Source: an uncultured bacterium (GTDB taxonomy: Bacteria; Chlamydiota; Chlamydiia; Chlamydiales; JACRBE01). Taken from it: DNA of 64,000 bases. The translations under genes were made by a program, and so were the position numbers. The notes beneath the pieces are model-generated. The model saw nothing but the letters and a program-made list of their open reading frames with translations. It was not told the origin of the DNA and searched no databases. Each line of letters starts with the position of its first letter. The first letter of the stretch is position 1. The stretch covers positions 21,153 through 85,152 of the forward strand of contig CAYSAJ010000003.1 of assembly GCA_964429005.1 (NCBI GenBank). Direction: 5' to 3'. Positions 45,613 to 54,850 of this stretch are shown one piece after another.

Positions 45613-46824
45613 ATGTCTGCAACAATTCTAGTGGGTTTACAGTGGGGAGATGAGGGGAAAGGGAAAGTCATCGATGCTTTAACAGAATCTTACCCTCATG
45701 TTGTTCGATCCCAAGGAGGCCACAACGCTGGCCACACTGTTGTTGTGGGAGATCAACAACATAGCTTTCATCTAATTCCTTCAGCCATACTCCACCGCCA
45801 CGTTAAATGTTACATCGGAGCAGGAGTTGTTTTGGATCCTCTTCATCTGTGGAAGGAAATTCAAAAAAACGGAATGGATATCCTAGATCGTCTTCTAATA
45901 TCTCCTTACACACATGTGATTTTGCCCAGGCATGTAACCCAGGATCAAAATTTAGAAAAGGAAAGAGGACAAAATAAGTTAGGGACAACAGGACGAGGGA
46001 TTGGCCCGAGCTATACAGAAAAAGCTGCTAGGCATGGATTAAAGCTTATAGAGCTGTATGATCAAGCAATTGCACGCCCATTTTTTGATAATGATGATCT
46101 CTATCATCAGTACCTAAGTGCTGCCCTCCATTTTAAAAAATGTATTGTTCCAGTAGAGACACTTCTTTTTGAGGCACTAGAAAGAAATGAAAATATTTTA
46201 TTGGAGGGAGCTCAAGGAACTCTCTTAGATGTTCAATTTGGCACCTATCCCTATGTGACTTCATCCCAAACTACTTCAGCAGGAATTTGTGCTGGAGCTG
46301 GTATTGGGCCTTCCAAAGTTAAAAAAGTGCTAGGGGTTCTCAAGGCGTATCAAACAAGAGTCGGGAGTGGCCCATTTCCGACAGAACTTTCAGACGACGA
46401 CAAGCAACTCTTCCCTGATAATCATACTATGAGAGAAGTAGGGACGACCACCGGTAGATTTCGCCGCATCGGTTGGTTAGATCTTGTTTTAGCTAAGCAG
46501 GCTTGCATGATCAATGGAGTAGATGAGATTGCGATTACAAAGCTAGATATTCTTTCAAAGCTTGAGCAAATACCTGTGTGTGTTGATTATCTACCCACAG
46601 AGGAGCCTGAAATGATCCTGAGTTCTAGAAGATTATTCCAAGAGGCAAAGCCCATTTACCATACTCTAGCCGGTTGGAATCAAGATGTATCCCACGCAAG
46701 GCATTTCCATGAATTACCCACCCAGCTCAGAGCTTACTTACAATTTATCGAAGATTACTTAAAAGTTCCTATCAAGTACATTTCCGTAGGGCCTGCAAGA
46801 GATCAATTTATTTCAAGAATTTAA
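45613..46824 (+). CDS. purA: Adenylosuccinate synthetase
   Basis: LQWGDEGKGKVID P-loop plus GHNAGHTV, TTGRGIGP and GTTTGRFRRIGWLD motifs. Confidence 0.93.
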   Translation: MSATILVGLQWGDEGKGKVIDALTESYPHVVRSQGGHNAGHTVVVGDQQHSFHLIPSAILHRHVKCYIGAGVVLDPLHLWKEIQKNGMDILDRLLISPYTHVILPRHVTQDQNLEKERGQNKLGTTGRGIGPSYTEKAARHGLKLIELYDQAIARPFFDNDDLYHQYLSAALHFKKCIVPVETLLFEALERNENILLEGAQGTLLDVQFGTYPYVTSSQTTSAGICAGAGIGPSKVKKVLGVLKAYQTRVGSGPFPTELSDDDKQLFPDNHTMREVGTTTGRFRRIGWLDLVLAKQACMINGVDEIAITKLDILSKLEQIPVCVDYLPTEEPEMILSSRRLFQEAKPIYHTLAGWNQDVSHARHFHELPTQLRAYLQFIEDYLKVPIKYISVGPARDQFISRI

Positions 46825-46836
46825 CACTTATTCATC

Positions 46837-47589
46837 ATGAACGAATCTCTTGCACAACTTTTTTCTGAGGAAGATTTAAAAAAAGTTGATTTTTCAAATA
46901 TTCCTCACCACATTGCTATCATCATGGATGGAAACCGCCGTTGGGCAAGACAAAACCTTCTTCCGTTGAAGTTAGGGCATGTGAAGGGAGTAGAAACACT
47001 CATGAACACGGTTGAAACTGCAGCTCAAATCGGAGTAAAAGTGATAACCGTATTTGCATTTTCTACGGAAAACTGGCAGCGCACAGAAGAAGAAATTCTT
47101 GATCTAATGTTTCTTTTCAAAAAACATTTAATGGTTAAGAGAGAAAGAATGAAGGAAAAAGGGGTAAGGCTCTCAGTAATAGGTGATATTGAAAAATTCT
47201 CTCCAGACATAGTTGCAGAACTTCAAACTACAATAGATTACACTAAAACTTGCCAAAGGATACGTCTAGTTTTAGCAATGAATTATGGAGCGAGAAATGA
47301 GATTTTTCGTGCATTTAGAAAAATTTTACAAGAAGTGCAAGAGAACAGATTAGTCATCGATAATATTTCTGAAGAAACTATATCCTCTTATTTAGATACA
47401 AAAGATATCCCAGATCCAGATTTACTTATTAGGACAAGTGGTGAGCATAGATTAAGTAATTTTTTGTTATGGCAAGCTTCCTATACAGAAATTTTTTCCA
47501 CAAAAAAATTATGGCCCGAATTCACACATCTTGATTTCTTAGAGTCAATCGTTAATTATCAGCAACGTCAAAGACGTAGAGGTAAATAA
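46837..47589 (+). CDS. uppS: Undecaprenyl diphosphate synthase
   Basis: HIAIIMDGNRRWA and the C-terminal RTSGEHRLSNFLLWQ motif. Confidence 0.93.
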   Translation: MNESLAQLFSEEDLKKVDFSNIPHHIAIIMDGNRRWARQNLLPLKLGHVKGVETLMNTVETAAQIGVKVITVFAFSTENWQRTEEEILDLMFLFKKHLMVKRERMKEKGVRLSVIGDIEKFSPDIVAELQTTIDYTKTCQRIRLVLAMNYGARNEIFRAFRKILQEVQENRLVIDNISEETISSYLDTKDIPDPDLLIRTSGEHRLSNFLLWQASYTEIFSTKKLWPEFTHLDFLESIVNYQQRQRRRGK

Positions 47590-48446
47590 TGAAATTTTCG
47601 AATTTCGTAGATTTGCAATTTAGAATGCCTATAGCCCTGGGAGCTGCTCTTATATCGGCTGCTCTTATTTGGTTTTCGCAAAATCCCATAGTCCAAGCTT
47701 TTTTGGTTCTTATCCTCTGTGCTATCGGTGCTGTAGGATTGTGGGAATTTCATCATTTACTTGAGATGAAAGCAGTTAAAATCCCGTGGAAGTGGCTCTC
47801 AATAGCTTCAGCAGGTTGGCTAGTAGGTCTTTATATCTCTTTGCATAGAACCGATCTTTATTTTTTGCCCGGGCTTTTAGTCTTATTCTTTGTGATTTTT
47901 TTCTTTGCTTACTACTTCAATAAAATTGAAGGAAGTATCGTAAAAATTTCATGTATTTGCTTTGCTTTTATTTACGTTATTGTACCTCTAGGAATGATGC
48001 TAAAAATCCTTTATCCCTATTCTCTTCAGGATGGACGAATTTGGCTTGCTTATCTAATCGCAACAACAAAAGGTACAGATATTGGTGCATATTTTGTTGG
48101 TAAAATGTTTGGTCAAATGAAATTGGCTCCTCAAATCAGTCCCAAAAAAACTGTAACGGGGGCTATAGGTGGGTTTGTCCTCGCCTGTGCTATTAGTTTG
48201 GCTTTTTACTTTTTATCTTTTTATTTGCCTGATGGGATCTTCCATTTTAATTGGTGGAAAGCCATATTGTTCGGTGGAATTATAGGGATTTTCGCCCAAG
48301 TGGGAGATTTAGTTGAATCTTTGATGAAGAGAGATGCTCATATCAAGGATAGCAACAGCTTACCAGGCTTTGGCGGAATGTTAGATTTCTTTGATTCTTT
48401 ATTGCTAACTACTCCAATACTATACCTACTGATGAAAATGCTATGA
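47589..48446 (+). CDS. cdsA: Phosphatidate cytidylyltransferase
   Basis: A polytopic protein with the CTP-transferase signature SLMKRDAHIKDSNSLPGFGGMLDFFDS. TAATG overlap with uppS. Confidence 0.85.
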   Translation: MKFSNFVDLQFRMPIALGAALISAALIWFSQNPIVQAFLVLILCAIGAVGLWEFHHLLEMKAVKIPWKWLSIASAGWLVGLYISLHRTDLYFLPGLLVLFFVIFFFAYYFNKIEGSIVKISCICFAFIYVIVPLGMMLKILYPYSLQDGRIWLAYLIATTKGTDIGAYFVGKMFGQMKLAPQISPKKTVTGAIGGFVLACAISLAFYFLSFYLPDGIFHFNWWKAILFGGIIGIFAQVGDLVESLMKRDAHIKDSNSLPGFGGMLDFFDSLLLTTPILYLLMKML

Positions 48447-49120
48447 TTATTACTATTGATGGTCCTGGGGGCTCTGGGAAATCAACAATTGCTAGACTTC
48501 TCGCTAAAAAGCTGAACTTTGAACATATTGACACTGGCGCGATGTATCGAGCTGTCACTTGGTTTTTAGTTCATACAAAAGTTGACATCGAACAAGATAA
48601 AGAGGTAGAAAAAGCGCTTTTAGATTGCGATCTCCAATTTCAGAAAGTTCAAGGAGAAAAAAGATACTTTGTGAATGGCCATGATGTAAGTATGGCGATT
48701 CGCTCTGTAGATATTACAAATAAAGTTTCGATCGTTGCTGCAAAACCTTGCGTTAGAAGGTTTTTAGTAGAAAAGCAGCGTGAGCTAGGAAGACAAAAAG
48801 ACATAGTTTGTGAAGGAAGAGATATTGGGTCAGTTGTTTTTCCTCAAGCAGAATTAAAAGTTTTTTTAGATGCTGATCCTCAAACAAGGGCTTTGCGGCG
48901 CTTTCAGGAATTATTAGAAAAGTTTCCTGACAAAAAAAGAGATCTCAATCCTGAATCGGTGTTCAATGAACTCTTAGAAAGAGACCGCATCGATTCTAGT
49001 CGTGAACATTCACCGTTATTAAAACCCAAAGATGCAGTCTTGATTGATACGACAAATTTGTCTATAGATGAAGTTATAGAAAAAATCGTTCAATTACATC
49101 ATGACAGGACAAAAACCTAG
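48443..49120 (+). CDS. cmk: Cytidylate kinase
   Basis: IITIDGPGGSGKST P-loop and DTGAMYRA motif. 4-nt overlap with cdsA. Confidence 0.92.
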   Translation: MIITIDGPGGSGKSTIARLLAKKLNFEHIDTGAMYRAVTWFLVHTKVDIEQDKEVEKALLDCDLQFQKVQGEKRYFVNGHDVSMAIRSVDITNKVSIVAAKPCVRRFLVEKQRELGRQKDIVCEGRDIGSVVFPQAELKVFLDADPQTRALRRFQELLEKFPDKKRDLNPESVFNELLERDRIDSSREHSPLLKPKDAVLIDTTNLSIDEVIEKIVQLHHDRTKT

Positions 49121-49736
49121 TTTCTTTTATCGTTTTATCTTAGGAGTTGCAAGACTCTTTTTTAGAATCTTTTACGATGTAAAAGTTTTTGGGATTGAGA
49201 ATTTTCATAAGGGGAGTGCCCTGATTGCAGCCAATCATGTCTCCTATTTAGATCCTCCTTTGCTCGCGATATCATGCCCAGAAGAAGTTCATTTTATTGC
49301 GAAAGGTTCACTTTTTCGACCTGCCTTTTTTAGGAGGATGATTGAAGCGTTAAATACTCATCCTGTTAAAGGCAGTGTAAAGGACGTTCATACATTTAAA
49401 AAAATTCATGATCTACTTGATGAAGGTAAAAAAGTAGTATTGTTTCCAGAGGGGACAAGGGCTAAAGTAGATCAAATTGGGACATTAAAACGAGGAATTG
49501 CTTCAATTTTCATGAAATCACATTGTAGTGTGATCCCCGTTTATCTCCATGGAACCTATGCAGCTTGGAATCGCTCCCATAAATTTCCTCGTTTCGGAAA
49601 GAAGCTGATCTGTAGATTTGGAACGCCCATCCACTGGGACGAATTTGCTCATTTAGATCCGATTGAAATAGAAGAAGCATTTTTATTAAGACTTTCTCAG
49701 ATTCTAAAAGATTTAAAAGAAGAATCTGAAGGTTAA
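49101..49736 (+). CDS. plsC: 1-acyl-sn-glycerol-3-phosphate acyltransferase
   Basis: Acyltransferase motifs ANHVSYLDP (HxxxxD) and FPEGTR. Confidence 0.85.
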   Translation: MTGQKPSFFYRFILGVARLFFRIFYDVKVFGIENFHKGSALIAANHVSYLDPPLLAISCPEEVHFIAKGSLFRPAFFRRMIEALNTHPVKGSVKDVHTFKKIHDLLDEGKKVVLFPEGTRAKVDQIGTLKRGIASIFMKSHCSVIPVYLHGTYAAWNRSHKFPRFGKKLICRFGTPIHWDEFAHLDPIEIEEAFLLRLSQILKDLKEESEG

Positions 49737-49752
49737 TTTGTTCGTTCTTTTC

Positions 49753-49781
49753 TAGACAGTTATGTCATTTCATTTTAGAAT
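49753..49781 (+). promoter_or_regulatory. Possible sigma70-like promoter for the orphan repeat protein
   Basis: TAGACA, a 17-nt spacer and TAGAAT, 40 nt upstream of the ATG at 49821. Confidence 0.3.
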
Positions 49782-49820
49782 ACCCGGCCAAAAGATCAAT
49801 TTTTTCTACACGGATTGAAC

Positions 49821-51122
49821 ATGGCAACTCTTTCTCCTATTAGTTCTTCAACCATTTCGATGATTGCTCAATATGAGAGAGACCTAAAAGTTCTTGTATC
49901 GAATACCCTTTGGGAATTCACCCCCACTACAGTAAGAACCTATGAAGCTGCATTACGATGTTTTGCTGAAAGAGGAAACGAGGCTCCAATCGGACCATCA
50001 CAAATAGAGTCAAAAATAGCTGCAATTCGTGAATATTTAACAGGAGAACCCGCAATGTGGGGGTTAAGTAATGATTCAGAACATGCAGAATTTTTGGTAA
50101 TGGTAAAGCGTGTATGCGGCACATACGCTAGTTCAATCAAATCAAAAACAGATGATGAAATCGAAGCTGATTTCACAGCTCACTTTGCAGCAGCAGCAGC
50201 AGTCTCTAGAACTGCCAGTGAAGATCGTATTCGTTTTGAAGAGGCAAGAGCTGCGGCAGCTGTGCATAGAGCTGAGAGAGGAGCTGCGGGCGCCGTAATT
50301 TCTGAAGAAGAAAACTCTCTTGATGAAATAGGAAAGTTGACTTATTCATTTTCCCTATCTGGGAGGTTGTTAGAAAACTACCTAAGCGATTTGGCACTCG
50401 TTGAATCGGATCCCGATGCTCCAGATTTTCTTTCAAAAAGACGCATTCTTCTTAGAAATCCAGAAGTATTTATGCCATTAATATCTAGATGTATACGCTT
50501 TGGTAATTTATTTACCCTGGAATTACCCACTCTCGAGCTCCTAGTAAAAAATCAAGCCTCTTTACATTCTTTGCTTGGAACTGAGAGATTTGAACTATCT
50601 ACTTTTATGAGATTGGACGAAAAAAATATTCGTTTAATCCTTTTGAATGCAGAAGCTGTGCGAAGTTTATGTAAAATGGGATTATACCTTCGAACTATCA
50701 TGTTCATGGATCCAAAAAAACTTGCCTCTTTTTGTGAACAAATAAAAGGAATTGAAGAGCTGGCAAAAGTTGATAAGGGGATTGTGGTTAATCTTCTTAG
50801 GCTAGATCCTTCTAAAATTCATGCATTAGGAAGTGGATTTAGATCTGTAAAATTATTAATTGCAAACAAAATGTCTATCAAAAACATATTAAATTTAAGT
50901 TGTGAAGTCCTTTCGATGATCAACGAGAATTTTTTTGCCCTCAAAAGCTTTGCAGAAAAATATACAAGCTTCAAAGTGTGGTTGCTTCTATCATTGCCAA
51001 GAGAGAAAATACAGTGGATGCTTGCCAATGTTCCGAGATGTTCTCGACTGGTTCTAGTGAGTTACAGAGACCTTCAAAAAATACCTCTTAAAAGGTTTGA
51101 TGAGATTGCGCGGGGTCGCTAG
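49821..51122 (+). CDS. Orphan repeat protein (candidate secreted effector)
   Basis: 434 aa from the ATG at 49821 (the track start at 49815 is a TTG). It has a Ser/Thr/Ile-rich N-terminus with no signal peptide, an Ala-rich patch and about seven 31-32-aa Leu/Ile-rich repeats in the C-terminal half. No family recognised. Confidence 0.6.
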   Translation: MATLSPISSSTISMIAQYERDLKVLVSNTLWEFTPTTVRTYEAALRCFAERGNEAPIGPSQIESKIAAIREYLTGEPAMWGLSNDSEHAEFLVMVKRVCGTYASSIKSKTDDEIEADFTAHFAAAAAVSRTASEDRIRFEEARAAAAVHRAERGAAGAVISEEENSLDEIGKLTYSFSLSGRLLENYLSDLALVESDPDAPDFLSKRRILLRNPEVFMPLISRCIRFGNLFTLELPTLELLVKNQASLHSLLGTERFELSTFMRLDEKNIRLILLNAEAVRSLCKMGLYLRTIMFMDPKKLASFCEQIKGIEELAKVDKGIVVNLLRLDPSKIHALGSGFRSVKLLIANKMSIKNILNLSCEVLSMINENFFALKSFAEKYTSFKVWLLLSLPREKIQWMLANVPRCSRLVLVSYRDLQKIPLKRFDEIARGR

Positions 51123-51144
51123 TAATTAGATCTCAGAGAAATAA

Positions 51145-52506
51145 CTATTTGCGCCAGAAATCTTCGATTTCCTCGAGGCTTTTTCCTTTAGTTTCTGGGA
51201 TTTTTTTCTTGATAAACCAGAGCCCAAAAACACCAACGAGAGCATAAAGCCAAAACGTACCCCCTTTGCCCATAGCACCAATCAAGCGAAGGAAGGTGAA
51301 GGTGACAATAAAATTGGTTGCCCAGTTAGCACAAGTCGCAAGCCCCATAGCTCGACCTCGAATATTCAGAGCATAAATTTCTGAGTTAATGAGCCAGCCA
51401 TTGGGACCTAAACTAAAAGCAAAGCAAGCAACATAAAAAATTAAGCTAACAAGAGAAATCCATCCCACAAGATTTCCAAATTCTGGAGAGGGGGTTGGAA
51501 GAAAGAATCCAAATCCTAGTGTGAGCAAACTCACGATCATTCCTGATAGTCCAACAGTTAGAAGAGGCTTTCTGCCTGCTTTATCTAGTAGGTAGATCGC
51601 AATAAATGTTGCTAGCACATTAATGAGTCCTACCCAGAAAGTTGCAGAAATAGCTGCAATGTCTGATTTAAAACCCGCGAATTGAAATATTGTTGGAGCA
51701 AAATAAATGACGGTATTAATTCCCGTAGCTTGTTGAATGCAAGTAAGGCCAACACCTGCAATGATAGATGGGCGAGCTTTTTTAGAAAGAAGATCGCTCC
51801 AAGTGCCTTCTTTTTCTCCTGCATGCTTTTGTATATGTGCAACCTCTAGTTCAACATCTTCCCTACTGCCTCGATATCTTGTAAGTATCGTTTTAGCTTC
51901 CTCAATACGATTTTTAAATACAAGCCAACGAGGGCTTTCTGGAAAAAAGAGCATTACAACAAATTGGAGGAAGGCGGGAACTGCTGCGAGAACAAACATC
52001 GTTCTCCAGCCATGTGACTGAGCTAGAGCTAAACCAGCAATATAGGCGAGGAAAATCCCAATCGTAATAAAAAGTTGATTTAAAGTAACAAGGGCTCCTC
52101 TAAAAGAGCGAGGGGCGAGTTCTGAAATGTAAAGTGGCGCTGTAGCGGATGAAACTCCGATAGCAATTCCTACAACAAGTCGACCTATAATTAGCCATTC
52201 GATCGTTGGAGACCAAGCAAGGCTAATGGAACTTAGTATAAAAAGTATGCTTGAAGCGATGACAATTTTTTTTCTACCAACTCGATCTGAAAGAGGGCCG
52301 CCTATAAGTGCTCCTAGAATCGCACCTAGGCTAACAATAGCTACGATTAACGACTCTTGTGTTGTTGTAAGTACATAGTCTTTGCGGATAAACAAAATAG
52401 CTGAAGAAATTACACCAGTATCATAACCAAATAATAATCCAGCTATAGCAGTGATTCCACAAATTAGTCCTAATATGAGTTTCTGACGAGTAGTTTCTAG
52501 AGCCAT
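51145..52506 (-). CDS. MFS sugar porter (sugar/inositol:H+ symporter type)
   Basis: Sugar-porter signatures GPLSDRVGRKK, PESPRWL and PETKGKSLEEIE, with 12 predicted TMs. Confidence 0.88.
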   Translation of the reverse strand: MALETTRQKLILGLICGITAIAGLLFGYDTGVISSAILFIRKDYVLTTTQESLIVAIVSLGAILGALIGGPLSDRVGRKKIVIASSILFILSSISLAWSPTIEWLIIGRLVVGIAIGVSSATAPLYISELAPRSFRGALVTLNQLFITIGIFLAYIAGLALAQSHGWRTMFVLAAVPAFLQFVVMLFFPESPRWLVFKNRIEEAKTILTRYRGSREDVELEVAHIQKHAGEKEGTWSDLLSKKARPSIIAGVGLTCIQQATGINTVIYFAPTIFQFAGFKSDIAAISATFWVGLINVLATFIAIYLLDKAGRKPLLTVGLSGMIVSLLTLGFGFFLPTPSPEFGNLVGWISLVSLIFYVACFAFSLGPNGWLINSEIYALNIRGRAMGLATCANWATNFIVTFTFLRLIGAMGKGGTFWLYALVGVFGLWFIKKKIPETKGKSLEEIEDFWRK

Positions 52507-52578
52507 ACAACCTCTTTTTTTTCATCGTTTTAAAAAAAACATTTGATGTCAATCGATTCTTAGCGTATTTACCCCTTT

Positions 52579-53547
52579 ATGAAGATTTATCCTTTACTCC
52601 TAGATCCTGTATATAAAAGTGCACTGTGGGGCGGGCATCGCATCGCTCAGCTTTTTCATCGAAAAGTGAATGTTGATCCTTGCTCCGAATCTTGGGAACT
52701 CTCTGACAGAGAAGATGGGATGTGTCGGATCAAAAATGGAGCTTATGCAGGAAAAACATTGAAACAACTAGTAGAAGCGTTCCCCCTGGAACTTGTCAGT
52801 GATGAGGAGCAAGATCTTCCTTTTCCGCTTCTCGTTAAATTGATTGATGCTAAGGAAGATCTAAGCGTCCAAGTGCATCCCCCAGAAGAGGCCGCTAAGA
52901 AGCTTTTAGGACTACCTAAATCGGAAATGTGGGTTGTGCTCGATGCGAAGCCAGGTGCATTTCTTTATCTAGGTCTGAATCAAGCTGTGTCAAGAACAGT
53001 TCTAGAAAAAGCTTTTCACGAAAAAACGATTCATGCTTATCTGCGCAAAATCCCGGTTACTGTCGGTGATGTTTTTTACGTGCCTGCTGGAACAATTCAT
53101 TCTTTAGGGAAAGGGATCGTAGTTTTAGAAATTCAGCAAAATTCGAATACAACTTATAGAATTTATGATTGGGATAGAAAAGATCAAAGTGGCAAGACTC
53201 GTGAGCTTCATGTAGAGGAAGCTCTCGAATCAATTACCCCTATGCAGTCATTTTATAAAGTTAAGCCTGTAGTAGAGTGGGAATCTAGCGATGGCAAGGT
53301 AGAAATTCTAGTAGATTGCCCCTACTTTTTGACAAAACGAATTTCGGCTCAATCTTTATTTGTTGCTGAGAAAGGGCCTCATTCATTTCATTATCTATTT
53401 GTAATTGAAGGGAGCATAAGAGTCATTATTGATAATGAACTTGTCCACCTTAAAGAAGGAGAATCTTGCTTGATCCCAGCTGCCTGTGAAGAATATGTGG
53501 TTCAGCCACTGGCTCACTCTACGATCATTCAAAGTTGTTTGCCATAA
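52579..53547 (+). CDS. manA: Class I mannose-6-phosphate isomerase
   Basis: ALWGG, LSVQVHPP, VPAGTIHSLG and TTYRIYDWDRKD motifs of the roughly 320-aa Bacillus-type PMI. Confidence 0.85.
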   Translation: MKIYPLLLDPVYKSALWGGHRIAQLFHRKVNVDPCSESWELSDREDGMCRIKNGAYAGKTLKQLVEAFPLELVSDEEQDLPFPLLVKLIDAKEDLSVQVHPPEEAAKKLLGLPKSEMWVVLDAKPGAFLYLGLNQAVSRTVLEKAFHEKTIHAYLRKIPVTVGDVFYVPAGTIHSLGKGIVVLEIQQNSNTTYRIYDWDRKDQSGKTRELHVEEALESITPMQSFYKVKPVVEWESSDGKVEILVDCPYFLTKRISAQSLFVAEKGPHSFHYLFVIEGSIRVIIDNELVHLKEGESCLIPAACEEYVVQPLAHSTIIQSCLP

Positions 53548-54467
53548 AGGCAGAGAGAAATCGCACCAAGATCTCCTATATTCTCAAGAGATGAAGGAGC
53601 TATTTTTACAACTTCTAAAGGTTCTTTCCAGCATAGAGGAGCTAAAGCCTTTTTTAATGGAATCAATAAGGTCTCTTTTGCTTGCATCGCAATCGTTCCT
53701 AAAATGATGACTTTTGGATTAAGAGTCATAATTAAAATAGCGATACCTTGAGCGAGTCTATCGATAAAAATTTGAAATTCCCTCATAGCAAATGCATCAT
53801 TTTTTTTCACTGCATCAAGAATCTCATGCATAGTAATTTGTTCTAAAGGATAGGAGGAAAGAAGGCTTTGGGTCTTTTCGGCTTGCAATATGCGTTTTAT
53901 GTGCTGTGCAAATGCATAGCCACCACAGTAGCTTTCCCAAGATCCTTTAATACCCCCTGTTGATTGCTCTGTATGAATATCTACAGGCATGTGACCCACC
54001 TCACCTGCGGTATCAGTTGCACCTTGAATCAACCTTCCTTCAGCGATAATCCCACCGCCCATGCCTGTCGATGTTGTAAGGTAAATGAGATCTGAACATC
54101 CTTTGAATTGACCGAAATAATATTCTGCTAAGGCAGCTGCATTCGCATCATTATTAAAATGTAGAGGCCTCTCCAAGGTTTCCTCAAGGATTGCTGCAAT
54201 GGGAAGATTTGACCACCCCTGGAGATTGGGAGGATATAAAAATTTTTTTTCTTTAACTGATAGAGGTCCTGGTGCTGAAAGGCCGATGCTTTGAATATTA
54301 TAATCTAAAACGTATCTCTTAGATACTGCGATGATCTCATGGATGAAACTGTCAACTTGATCATTTTTTAGAGTAGGGAATTTAGTTTTATCAAGGATTT
54401 GTCCAGCTGAATTCGCAACGCAAATTGAAGTCTTTGTCCCCCCTATATCTATACCTAAATAATTCAC
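53529..54467 (-). CDS. ROK-family sugar kinase (glucokinase-like)
   Basis: GIDIGGTKT N-terminal ATPase motif, NDANAAALAE, GMGGGII and the Cys/His-containing ROK region (GEVGHMPV ... CGG). Confidence 0.85.
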   Translation of the reverse strand: MNYLGIDIGGTKTSICVANSAGQILDKTKFPTLKNDQVDSFIHEIIAVSKRYVLDYNIQSIGLSAPGPLSVKEKKFLYPPNLQGWSNLPIAAILEETLERPLHFNNDANAAALAEYYFGQFKGCSDLIYLTTSTGMGGGIIAEGRLIQGATDTAGEVGHMPVDIHTEQSTGGIKGSWESYCGGYAFAQHIKRILQAEKTQSLLSSYPLEQITMHEILDAVKKNDAFAMREFQIFIDRLAQGIAILIMTLNPKVIILGTIAMQAKETLLIPLKKALAPLCWKEPLEVVKIAPSSLENIGDLGAISLCLYGKQL

Positions 54468-54529
54468 TTTTCCTCATAGAAGTAAAACGGCTCATCTATT
54501 ATTCTAGTCATATACCTTAGGAGGAATTA

Positions 54530-54850
54530 ATGGGAAATTTAATTAAACAAACATCAGATGCTGAATTCGTTAAAGAAGTTGCCCACGGTGTAACCTTAGT
54601 TGATTTCTATGCAGATTGGTGTGGCCCTTGCAGAATGCTAACGCCAGTGATTGAAGAAGTGGCTGAAAAAAAATCCAAAGAAGTGAAATTTTTAAAAGTG
54701 AATGTTGATGAATGTCAACAAACAGCTCGAAGCTTCGGTATTACCTCAATTCCTACCATGATTTTATTTAAAAATGGGAAGGAAGCAGGTCGCGTTGTAG
54801 GATTGCAAGATTTTGATGAACTCAGCGATTTTATCGATCAAAACAAGTAG
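54530..54850 (+). CDS. trxA: Thioredoxin
   Basis: WCGPC active site at 106 aa. SD TAGGAGGA lies upstream. Confidence 0.95.
   Translation: MGNLIKQTSDAEFVKEVAHGVTLVDFYADWCGPCRMLTPVIEEVAEKKSKEVKFLKVNVDECQQTARSFGITSIPTMILFKNGKEAGRVVGLQDFDELSDFIDQNK

Noticed and set aside
49920-50060. N-terminal region of the orphan protein (TPTTVRTYEAALRCFAERG…IESKIAAIREYL) resembling the SAM-like core-binding domain of tyrosine recombinases
   Set aside because: The resemblance is only a loose helix pattern. No R…HxxR…Y catalytic domain follows, and no att-like repeats or other mobile-element genes flank the locus.
50110-50436. Alternative-frame and antisense ORFs (50110-50298 plus strand, 50206-50436 minus strand) in the orphan gene
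   Set aside because: They are open only because the local GC-rich Ala-codon tract removes stop codons in all frames. They are not independent evidence of coding.
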